A DNA stretch of 62,406 bases, the filler included, from Basidiobolus meristosporus CBS 931.73 (Eukaryota; Fungi; Basidiobolomycota): NCBI GenBank assembly GCA_002104905.1. It is 3 parts of 3 records of this genome, joined end to end, with 100 filler letters (N's around TTAATTAATTAA, not from the genome) between each part and the next. Parts side by side here need not be neighbours in the genome. Positions count along the whole stretch, not along the records: positions 19,721 to 48,589 come from MCFE01000876.1; positions 48,690 to 62,406 come from MCFE01001197.1; 1 more part is not named here. One strand, given 5' to 3'. Position 1 is the stretch's first letter. Each line of letters begins with the position of its first letter. A program made the translations under genes and the position numbers. Positions 44,808-55,912 of the stretch are shown piece after piece. Below the pieces are notes generated by a model that did no database searches, had not been told where the DNA came from, and saw nothing but the letters and a program-made list of their open reading frames with translations.

Positions 44808-47800
44808 TGTGGTGGTGTATAGGTCCAAGGGAGAGATACATCCAACACTTCTCAAGTGTTTTGTGTGTGGGGTGTTCACTGGGTGCAATAACCTCTGGCA
44901 AAAGCTTGCTAGGAATACTTGGGTTCTGTCTCTAATCTAATGTGAAGGGGAATAAAGCCACAAGCTTGTCAAGGGAAAACTATTGAGCTACAATCCCCAA
45001 CTTAGTTGGCATCTTAACAAAAGTATGTGCTGGGTTCAGCGTCCTTTGAGATGACAATGTACTAAAGCTTCCAAAGTCAAAACAACTGTAAACTCCACCA
45101 GCAGGGACTTGATAAGAATGCAGCTGTGGTCAATAGTTACAAAGACAGAAAAGTATCTTTGCCTGTACAAGAACAAACTTGGGAAAGAATCAAATATAAT
45201 AAAAGATACCTACTCTGAGTATTCCTCACAAGTAGTGCCTCCAAGGTCAGTTGGCTGTCAGCGCGGTTTCCTGGGAGTGTCCTGTGGTCTGGGGTTGGAA
45301 GTTCAGGTAGCAGCAGGTAGCAGTGATCACACTAATCAACAAGTCGGTATATTGATAAAAAGGGATGATGATTTATTGTTGAGGGATAGCCTCCCTTATA
45401 TACTTTTCTCACTGGCTAAGTGATTACTAATCATGGTGTTCCAGAAGGTTCCGGAGATCAATAGAAATCTTAATGACATCAGAATGACCTAAGAATGTTC
45501 TAAGTAGGTGCCGGAAGGTTCTAAGAGGCACAGCACATCCAACCAATCAGGAATCAGTATTCTGAAACCTGTGTAACATGGGGATACCATATATGGTATG
45601 GAAATGGTAGGGATGGTGACACGGGCTGATCATGTGTCACGGGTACTGGCGCGGGTACTTGCCTAATGTAGAAGTACTTATAGCTAGTAATCTTACATAA
45701 AGTGAGGGGTAACTTATGCAATAAGGTAAGCAGGTGTGATAGTCAACCGGCTTATGGGATAGTACTGATTGGGTAAGACAAATGGGATAAAACTAAAATA
45801 AGTGTAGTAGAGATATAGGGAAGTAGAAAATAAGGGAATGAGCACATCTGTCAGTGGGTGTCACTGTCACCCCACTACATCCACCCCCCTCTCAGCTTTG
45901 AACTTGGGTCAAAGCAAACTAATCTTGATGTGCGAAATTCCTATGCTTGAATAACTTAAGTCGATTTCCAGCAACTGGTGCTCTCAACTGGGTGTTGTCA
46001 AGCTCAGATATGTAATAACTTCCATTTCCAATCACTTTGGAAATGAGGTAGGGGCCAGTCCATTTGTTGTCAAACTTCCGACTCCATTGCTTGTCCAAGG
46101 TAGAATTGTAGAGTAATACTGGGTCTCCTAGTGATAGTGGTTTTGGTCTTGTTGGGTGTGATTTGTCAAAGGGCACCTTGTTCTTTAGTCGTGTATCCTT
46201 AAGTTGTTCAGCAGCTCTGCTGATATTCAAGTCATGGTGATCAAGTTGCTGTGTGCAAGTTGCAAGGAGGTCTTCAGTCTGCATATTGGATCTCCAATTC
46301 AATGAGTTCCAAGTGACTGTGTTTAACTCAACTGGTAGTATGCAGTCATGTCCATAGAGTAGCTTGAATGGCAATAATCCAGTTGTCCTCTTAGTAGTAA
46401 TTCTATCTGCCCAGAGTGCTAGATGTAATTGCTGTGGCCACAGTGTTGTGTTATTCTCACAGGTCTTGACAAGAGAGTTCACCAATGGTCCATGTCCTCT
46501 CTCTATCATTCCATTGGCTTGAGGGTGGTAAGCTGTTGTAAAAGCAATGTGTATCTTGTACTTTGAGCACAACTCCTGGATCATTTGGGATGTCATCTCT
46601 CCTCTGTCAGCAACAAACTGTCGGATGCAGCCAAATCTGCAGATGATGTCTTCAAGTATAAATCTCCTTATGGTATGGCTCTTGTTGTTGGGCAAGGCTC
46701 AAGCCTCTGCCCATCCACTAAGGTCATCTCTAGCAACAATCAGGTACTTTTTTGATCCAGCTGTTGGCATGTGGACAAGGTCAATACCAACCTTTTGCCA
46801 TAGACAGATTGTGTAAGTAGGATGCAGTGGTTCTTCATAACGCTTGGAGGATCTCTTCTGGCAGGCTACACATGACTCAACAAAGTGTTGGATATCATAG
46901 TACATGTTTTCCCAGTAGTACCTCTGAGCTGTAGTATTGTATGTGGCTTCTTGTCCTCTATGTCCTCCTGGTTCTCCTTGGTGGATACTTGTCATGATGT
47001 TCAGTTGCTCTTGAGGGGTAGTGACTACTCTTCTTGGCATAAGACCAGGCTTCACTTGCTTAAAGAGAAGATCATCTTCAAGATAGTAGTGGTGTGCCTT
47101 CTTTCTGAGTTTTCTAAACTCCTGAATATCCATCCAACTAGGTTTCTTAAATGTCCTTAGATATTCCTTGATCAGACTCCAGGTAGTTCTCTCTTGGTCT
47201 TTGATGGCAATCTGTCGGATCTCTGCATCAATAATATCTTCAAAGCGAGGGTCCAAGTCTTCAAATAATTGTGGTCCCTTCCTGGAGAGTGCGTCAGTCA
47301 CAACATTTGTCTTGCCAGGAATATGTCTGACCTCAAAGTCAAACATTTTCAGCCATGCCATCCATCGGTTTGTGGTATCATCAGGTAGGTCAGGCTTGTT
47401 GATCATTCCTATAAGGGGCTTGGCATCTGTCTCCAGGATAAAATGTGTCATGTAGAGTTGTGACTTCAGTTTCCTCAGCATCTTCACAACTCCTAGTAGT
47501 TCTCTCTTAATCTGTGAGTATCTTTGCTCTCTAGGAGAGAACAGGCAGCTCTCATATCTGCAGGCATAGCGGTTGCCATCTTCATCATCTTGTCCAAGTA
47601 GTGCTCCAGCTCCTATAGGGCTTGCATCCACTGTCAAAATAGGTGGGCATTCAGTGTTTTGATAGTCAAGAGGTCTTAGAACTGGTGGAGATACTAAGGC
47701 CTCTTTCAGTAACTGCATGGCTTCTTCTTGCTCTTCTCCCCAGATAAATGGGGTATTCTTTCTCTGTAGTCGGTAGATTGGTTCTGCTATCTCAGAAAAT

Positions 47801-48589
47801 CTTGGGATCCAGATCCTAAAGAACCCACAAGCTGCCACAAAGCCACGAGCTTGTGTTAGATTTGTGGGGTAGGCCAGTTACATATCTTTTGTGTCTTGGA
47901 GTCTCCAGGTGAACGACCAAAGGTGTTGCATTTTTGTCCAACAATGGATATCTCTGATACACCAAAGCTGCTTTTCTCCACCACTGATGGTGAGTCCAGC
48001 TTCTTCTATGGCTCCTAATATGGCATCATTGTCTGATATATGATCATAGACAAACTTTCTTACTCCAGGCATAACTTCAGTAGTGTCTTGGATTTTTGGT
48101 CCTTTGATGCCTATGTCATCAACAAAGACAGCAAGTTTCTCAGGTATAAACTGGTATAGCACATTCACCATGGATCTCTGGAACTGAGCCACGGAGTTTG
48201 TAGCCCCTTGGCTGAGTCTTGTTATCCTTAATAGTCCAAATGGTGTCTGTAGTGCAAACATATCTCTTGATGTCTCATCAAGGGGAATCTGGTCATATCC
48301 TGAGTAGAGATCATATGTTGAGTAGATGGAGTGCCACTAAAGCTTTCTGCAAAGTCATCAATAGAGGGAGGTATAGCAGCATCTCTGATAGTGACAGCAT
48401 TTGCAGGTTGCATGTCTTGAATGAATCGGAGCTTTCCATTCTTCTTTTTGGTCACAAACCATCTGTTAGCATAGGGTCCATGGCAAGGTTCTAGGATACC
48501 AGCTTCTATCTTCTTCTTAAGTAGGTCATGCACATCAGCTTGGAGTCCTCTGGGCAGTGGGTAAGGCTTAAATGACCAGGGTGTGTGGG
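44808..48589 (-). mobile_element. Ty3/Gypsy family A, copy A3 (least decayed; truncated at contig end)
   Basis: 3' LTR 44808-45879 (1072 bp, TGTGGTGG..CCACTACA); PPT 45880-45892; integrase/RNase H ORFs 45919-47838 split by a single TGA; RT to 48589. Confidence 0.95.
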
Positions 48590-48689
48590 NNNNNNNNNNN
48601 NNNNNNNNNNNNNNNNNNNNNNNNNNNNNNNNNTTAATTAATTAANNNNNNNNNNNNNNNNNNNNNNNNNNNNNNNNNNNNNNNNNNNN
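48590..48689. other. Artificial contig spacer (N44-TTAATTAATTAA-N44)
   Basis: Same 100-nt linker as 19621-19720. Confidence 0.97.
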
Positions 48690-48911
48690 GAAGTAGATAT
48701 ATTAAGTAGGATTGTATTGGGTGATGATGATGTAATCAAATGAGTCATTAGCCGCAACCTATATTAGGAAATACAATTAGTTGCAATTGATCTGGCAAAA
48801 TGTATATAAGGAGCTGCTGAAACCTCAATAAAGATCAGCTCAAGTTTTAGTGAAAATAATACTAACTAAACTCCCTATTCCTCTACAACTCTTATACCAA
48901 GACTTGTAACA
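48690..48911 (+). mobile_element. 3' part of a family F LTR (solo or 3' LTR, clipped by contig start)
   Basis: Homologous to 56060-56278; ends CTTGTAACA with no PBS after it. Confidence 0.85.
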
Positions 48912-49699
48912 ATATACTGGCTAAATACTGAAAAGTTCTTTGCAGATATTCAGGAGGTAATCATGGCAGAAGTGGCAGCAACTAAGCATATGTTTGCAAG
49001 ATGTATATGCTACCAGCAATACCAGTTATATGGTAACTTTGCAAGTGTCACACTAAAAAGCTGTCAAGTTGAGGGATAGAAGTATGTCAATTGCAGCAGG
49101 TGTGCACATTGGTAGAGGTTAGTAAGCTGGAGGTCATAGTATTTTTTGATTCAAACTTTATGTTGAATACCCAAGGTAGTAGTGGGTGAGCAAATAAAGG
49201 TGGGTGATTCCACAGTTGAATATATAAATTGTGCAAGGGGAGGTAGAAAAAGGAAATGGCACCTGGTAAAATGGTACTGTAGCTTTATATAGAATTAGCT
49301 GTAGGCTGCTGTACTGCCAACACAATACCATCTAAGGCCTGCAAGGTGGCCATTAAAGCACTACCAACATTTTTGCCATATTGGACAATTCAATGTACTA
49401 GTGAATTTGATCCACTTAAATAGTTGTGGAGCACACTAAGACTGCAACAATGCCATGCCACCCTTGCCAAAACACTGTACAGATACTAGCATGTTTTTTA
49501 AGATTTTTTGGTGGTAAAATTAGCCAAATGATATTGTGATCCCTTCATGAGATTGTGTGGATGGGCATTAATTGCAAGCTGCTGGTATTATTGTGGTCCC
49601 CTAATGGGATCTTGATGGCTGTTCTGGATTGGATCCACCTGTGGGACCCGTTTATTTTTCATAGGGAGAAAGCTCCTGGATGAAGATTTAAGAAAATCA

Positions 49700-51780
49700 A
49701 GCTCCAATAAGAAGGGAGCATATGAAGCTTTAATAAGCAATAGCAACCAACAGAGGAGAAGCCCAAGACCCTTGAAAGGTAATAAAATCTATTTTTCAAC
49801 TACTCCAAAAGGAAGGGACACACATCAGACTAGTGCTTCAAAAAGAGAGATAGTCAGCAGAAAAAGCCCAAATATGGAAATACTGCAACAATTGAGGTTG
49901 GGCAGCTCATATCTGGGCTAAAAATAACCACAAACAAGGATTTGCATATGTAGTATATTGAATCTAGAACATCTCAATAATCTACATACAACAAAAAACA
50001 TTTTGACCTACATCAAGAAATTTCAGTTGCAAAGGATTTCATGTGTTACTATAGAACAGTTGATGCATTTGGAAAAGTAACTATTGAAGTACGCCATAGA
50101 AAAAGTGGCAGAAGCCACACACTTACCTTCAACCTAGTACTTCATGTATCAGCAATAGCCAAAAACCTGCTATAGACTTGTTCCGTTGGATAGTGCCACA
50201 TTGTGCCATGAGTGCCAAATAGTGCCATAGTGTGCCTGAGAGTCATAGCAGACCTAAACTTGGCCGCAGAGTGTGGCATATAGTTCTTCATATTCATGCA
50301 AAGCAGCCCCTGTGTTTCACCTACGGTACAGGAGAAAATCAATTTTTTTACCTTTTTTTTAGGATCAAAATTGTGCATGATGTAATAGAGCACAGACAGA
50401 CTGAAGATATGCATCTGGTACATAATACCCATGGCACTCTAAATCTAGCCCCACAGGCTGCATGAATAAGCAGAACTATATGTCACACTCTGTGGCCAAG
50501 TTTAGGTCTGCTATGACTCTCAGGCACACTATGGCACTATTTGGCACTCATGGCACAATGTGGCACTATCCAACGGAACAAGTCTTATCTGTAAGCAAGG
50601 CCGCAGCAGAAGTATTCAGTCTCAGTTTTGACAATTCTGGATGCAGGATTGCTGATCAAGATGATGCCTGTAATGCTTTCAGTATCACAAATCAGAATCT
50701 ATACAAATTGCCTTATATTTTTTCATAGCTGGGAGCCAACACAAGTAACTAAAATATAGAGACATTAAAGCTTTGATGCAGGAGATCTGAACATATCAGT
50801 TTTGATTACTTGCGCAAGAGGATCAGAGATCAGCTAATCTCCATATTGAAAGTTGATCCCCAGCTAATTTAGAGCACTGCAAAGCCTACATATATGGGAA
50901 TCAAGCCAGATAACTGTTCAAGAGCTCTGGGCTTATGAAAACTAAGAAAAGTTAAGTATAATGCACTCATATTTGGGTGAACCTATGCAAAATTACCTTT
51001 GGGGGACTAAAGTGGTCATACACATTTAACAATGATCCTGGATACATCCATATCTACTTCATGAAAAGAAAAGAAGAGACCCTGTTTAAGTCCAGGGAGT
51101 TAAGAGCTATGGTGGAGAGGGAAATTGGTGGCAAATCAAGCAAAAATGCTCCAACTGTGGTGGTGAATATAACCAGGAACTCCTCTTCCACTTCTCCTAA
51201 GCTCATGGGATAAAGCAAGGGACTACAGAGTCATGCTTCTCACTACAAAATTGAGTGTCAGAATGTGCAAATAGATCAATAGCTAATTTGGAATATATAT
51301 GATTTTTGGGTGTAAGCAGTTGCCATAGTTATGTACATTAACATAGCTGGTATAGCACAATACTTAGCAATATGCCTCCCATTGAGGCATACTATGAATG
51401 CAAACTAAGTGCAGGGCACTTTAGACTGTAACAGAAAATTAGCCAGAAATTAGTCAAAATATGAGTCAAAATGAGTAAAATGCATAATTCTGAGCAATTG
51501 AAATAAAGTTAAGGCATACAGACTCTACAATACTAGAGCAAGGAGACTGTGCAACTCCAGGGATCTATTGCTTGATGAAAGTTCATCATTATCACAAAGA
51601 ATGATATCAATTGGTGACTAAATGCAACCTCAAGTATGCAATTGGTCAGTATTGAATCAGAGCAAAACAACATGACTATTCCACCCCTAAGAGCTCTACA
51701 ACCATGGCACAGCCTGAATCAGTACCTTGCAATATCCCAGAAGTGATTGCTCCAGTACTACAAAGCAAGAGACTCAACCA
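49700..51780 (+). mobile_element. Highly decayed Ty1/Copia remnant (related to 28194-33130)
   Basis: VLHVSAIAKNLLSVSKA; ITNQNLYKL; decayed pre-integrase and integrase (IYFMKRKEETLFK..AMVEREIGGK); nucleotide similarity to 28500-30900. Boundaries approximate. Confidence 0.75.
50174..50585. mobile_element. Family D element D3 (internally deleted, asymmetric arms)
   Basis: Termini AGACTTGTTCCGTTGG..CCAACGGAACAAGTCT; TAT on both sides; excision restores Copia KNLLSVSKA. Confidence 0.92.
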
Positions 51781-52019
51781 GGCCAGAATGGTACCATAAG
51801 AATTCATTTTGAGGATCTCATCAAAAGGCTGTCACAGAATTTAAATCCTGTGGCAAAGAGATACTGATCCCGTGAGGACACTATGCAATGACCACTAACA
51901 AACACTATAACTCAGATTTCACAAAACATTGGGTCAAAATCTTATATTAAGATACAGAAGTGGCTTTTGATTTTTTCTCTTCCACTTCTCTGACTTCCTT
52001 GTTGCAGACACTAGATCAC

Positions 52020-53991
52020 CTTGTATACTTGTGAATAATGAGTTACTATTGGCTCATCTTCACACTCTTTACTTCCTGACTCAAATAATGCTTTAGCTTT
52101 CCATACATAAAACCTGGTTTACTCCTTTTCAATCCTCAGTTGTTACTTGATTGCCACTTGAACTAACCTACATAACTACCCATACACAGCACTATCATCA
52201 AGCCCAATTTTGCTTTCAACAGGCATCTCTACTAAAATCCACCATTCAATAAGTGTTTCTGCCAAAATACCCCTTTTCAATGACTTTGGTGGGATTCCTA
52301 TGGCTTTATGCCATTTCTCATTCACTGGTTCCCATGTCCAGGTTGTCAGATGTCACTGCAGGTCTAGCATCTCATCTACCAATCTTTGCAATAAATCCCT
52401 CTAATATTCAAGTGTGTTTTCTTAAGAACTGCTCTTGAAGAATTGCTGCAACCTCTTGGTATGCATATTAATGTTCTAAATTCCACTCTAAGGACTGTGA
52501 TAATCATTTGAGTTGTTGGCATTGTTGCTTTGTGCTTCAGTGGGATCTCTGCTATGTCTACAATGAAGGATGTGGAGGTTGCGGTAGACAAATTGCCCAT
52601 CTCTACAAACTCATCCACCTCACTAGTGTGTAGCTCTATTAGCTGCACTTCCAACTTATGAGTAGTCTACTTTTGTCTTGTTGGTATTCCTCTAGGTTAT
52701 GATAGGATTTAGCCTGTTCTGGGCTTATGGCACTAATTAGCAAGAACTACAGCTTGTTTCTTATGTTTCCTGTCTCTGGCTTGGGTCAGTGTTTTTCCTT
52801 TCTCTTTTTCTTTATCACCACCAGGCCTTTCACCGCAGCTTTGTCTGAGTGCTTCTTTACTGAGTAATGCATTCTCCTTGACTAATACTGCACTGATGCA
52901 TCTGTTTTGGCCTTCTTTGTCCTTACCAGCTCTCCTTTAGTAAGCTGACAATTATTTGCCTCATGTTTTGAGCTTTCAGCACTAGTTGTGAGAGGCTTGT
53001 GAGGAAGCTGCAGGCTTTTAGCAATGGGACCCTTGTTTGTCTGCCTTAGATAATTTCTACTATTCTTTTGGTACTCTCTTAGCATATCAATATTGACCCA
53101 AGATCTGTTTGCTCATTTGAATCCAGGATAATGCTTGTGGAACAGCTAAAGTGCATTTTGCCCGGCCTTAAGTTCCTGATAGTCCTATGGGATGCTAGCC
53201 TTAAGGTGATGGTGTGCTAGATATCTTAGGCCTCTGGATTATGTGCCCACCCTTCATCATTGCATTCACAAGCTTAATGAATCTTCAATGTCTTTAAACA
53301 TTCAGGCATTGCTATATATACCACAAGCTGCCATCCCATGCTGCAATAGATTTCTCTGCAGGCATTATTTATTTGCACCCTTGCTGTGCTTAAAAGACTA
53401 TTGAGTATACCTCTACTGTTAAATTGAGAAATGGCTCAGTTCTTGGCTGTGACATTGCACTACCTAGGTTCCTTCTTTGCAGCAAAGAGACTGTGTTTGC
53501 TACCAGTGATCTTGATTGCTCTACATATTTTATTTGCTCATACTGCTTGTTGACTATTTCCTAAATTCCCTAGGTCATTACATCTATCCCATCAGTCATT
53601 AAGTCTATTTTGTCAGCCACTGCATCTAATTGCCTCAACAATGCCTTAGTAAGAGCTGAAAGCATACTTGCTTTACAGGTAAAGGTGCTGTTATAACAGC
53701 CACTTGCTGGACTTCAGCCAAAGGTATTACATTTGCAACATTCTCATCTACCTTAGCATGTTGGTCTGCTTGCATCTCTACAGAGATGCATAATAGCCTA
53801 CATGTCTGAGAGCCTCAGAGGTCCCTGTTATTACCTTCCACAGATACACTGTCAATATGGTCTTTGTTGGATGTAGCCCTGCTTGTTGCACTGAGTGTCA
53901 AAGCAAGCTGCTGTCCAACCATTCTTTGGCTGCTGTCAGCAGTGGGGTTTCATTGTTAACCAAACAACTTTTGCTTTATTTTCAACAGCAT
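52020..53991 (-). pseudogene. Longest copy of repeat-borne ORF2 (degenerate)
   Basis: Starts at 53991, homologous to 44610. Continues through a W-rich helical block, a basic linker and a protein-like C-terminal block RDLLQRLVDEMLDLQ*HLTTWTWEPVNEKWHKAIGIPPKSLKRGILAETLIEWWILVE. Many stops; continuity of the C-terminal block with ORF2 is inferred. Confidence 0.5.
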
Positions 53992-54559
53992 ATTTACGCA
54001 TGTGAGTCAAACTAAAGAAGAAAGCTTATCAATTATATGTGTGAATGTGGTGCTACAACCTTAGTAATAATGCTTAATATGACAGATCATCATTGAATCT
54101 TACATTCACATAGGTGCAATATCTCAAATATAAGACTGTCTTAAATTCACAAAAGTATTTACAAAAAGTGATAGAGTAGCATTACATTGTTCAGGGTCAG
54201 GCTGTTTGCCCCTCAAGGAAGACTACTTGGACTCAACACCATAAGAGAAGAGAAAAAAGACCATGTGGCTATTGTAACAGACCTGTTAGCTATAAAGTGC
54301 ACAGATAGAATGTGAAGTACTACAAGGATCTCAGCCAGAGTTTGGCCACACAAGTCAAGCTTGATCATTTTTTAGTTGCTGCTGTGTCAACACTTTCTTG
54401 TCAGTCACTTGATACTTTCATAATCCTACCTAGCCAGATTTGTCACCTTGTGTCAGCTGCGTCAGGTGAGTGTGTGATACCTATAGGCTCAATTCAACCT
54501 TCTGAAATATGACAGGCAGAATGATAGCTTGGGAAAAGAAGGCTCACTGATGGGTTGTG

Positions 54560-55020
54560 AGCCTATCTCCCCTAAGAACAGTACCCTACATGAGCCCAGT
54601 ACAATCACAATATGCAAAGAGACAACACCCACTGAAACAAATGTCAAGGATAATTTAAGGAGCCAAGTGAGCCCAGTAATCCATTGACTGGTGAATGATG
54701 TGATATTGTGGCTAGAGGAGTGGCAGATTCCCACTAATATTAGCAATGGGGGCTCTAAGGATTTATTACAACTTATTGCCAAAGTCAGTCAAGCATGCAA
54801 CCTACCTTATACTTGGTACAAGTGGGCAAGCATCATGCAGCTGGCAACTTCTGACCTAGACACTGGCCTGATACCAGCATGTATTAACAGTGGCATGGCA
54901 TTAATATCAGAAATTGCCACTATTGCAAGGTGTCCAACTTGTCAGGAATCCACCACCATTGGGGGAAACCATGGTGCACACTCTGGATATATACCAGTAA
55001 TACCTTGTGTTTGTTGGTAA
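54560..55020 (+). mobile_element. CMC/EnSpm-like transposase N-terminal fragment
   Basis: ACINSGMALISEIATIARCPTCQES resembles the CMC N-terminal C.NSC.AF....A....CP.C.E.R zinc-binding motif. Confidence 0.55.
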
Positions 55021-55029
55021 TTCTTGTTG

Positions 55030-55861
55030 GATATGATGATATTCAGTGTTTTCCAGGCTTACAGCATTGATTGGCAAGAACTGCAGTTTTCTTGCATGCT
55101 TCCCTGTCTCAGGCTTGGGCAGACATTTTTTCTTTTACCTTTTTCTTTATCCATGCCTGGTCTTTCACTGCCACTTTGACTGAGTACTTCATGTATTGTG
55201 CTACATTATTTGCCTTGAAAAATGCTGCTCTGATGCATCTGTTTTGTCCAGATTGTTCTCTGCTAGCCCTTGTCAGGTAATCAGATATTTCTTTCCTGCT
55301 TGTTTTGTGCTCTCAGTAATTGTAACAGGCTCCTGAGAAAGCCACTGGCTTTTATCACTGCTAGGTCCTTCACAGCTACTTTAGCAGAGCACTTATGAGT
55401 GGAACTACACTTTTTCCTTGATAAATGTTGTCCTGGTATATTTGTATCTGCCAGCTAGTCCCTTGTTTGCACTCTTCCAGCTACCTGACATCTCTTTGAT
55501 GCTTTTTTAGAGCTTTTGGCCCTGCCTGTAAGGGGCTCTTGAGGAAGGAGCTGGTTTTTAGCTAAAGCTCTCTTGTTCTTCAGCCTATGATAGTTTCTGC
55601 CACTCTTGAAATACTTTCTTAGCATACTAATGCTGGCCCAAGATCTGTTTGCCCATTTGAATCCAGGATAATGCTCATAGAACAAGTCAAGTGCGTTTTG
55701 CTTGGCCTTGAGCTCCTGATGGTCCCATGATATGCCAGCCTTAAAGTGATGTTATACCAGACTTCCCCCAGCCTCTTGAGTATTAGCCTGCTCTTCATTA
55801 TTGCACTCAACAGCTTTACAAATTTTAGTGTCTTTTGATATTTAGGCTTTGATATAAACAC
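55030..55861 (-). pseudogene. ORF2 middle fragment (second local copy)
   Basis: Homologous to about 52700-53350; FYEHYPGFKWANRSWASISMLRKYFKSGRNYHRLK. Confidence 0.6.
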
Positions 55862-55912
55862 TAAATCCTCTGTTGAAATAATTAGGAGTCCACCTAATTA
55901 TTAATATAATAA

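Noticed and set aside
48912-49700. Possible tyrosine-recombinase or other TE relic
   Set aside because: No convincing motif in any frame read.
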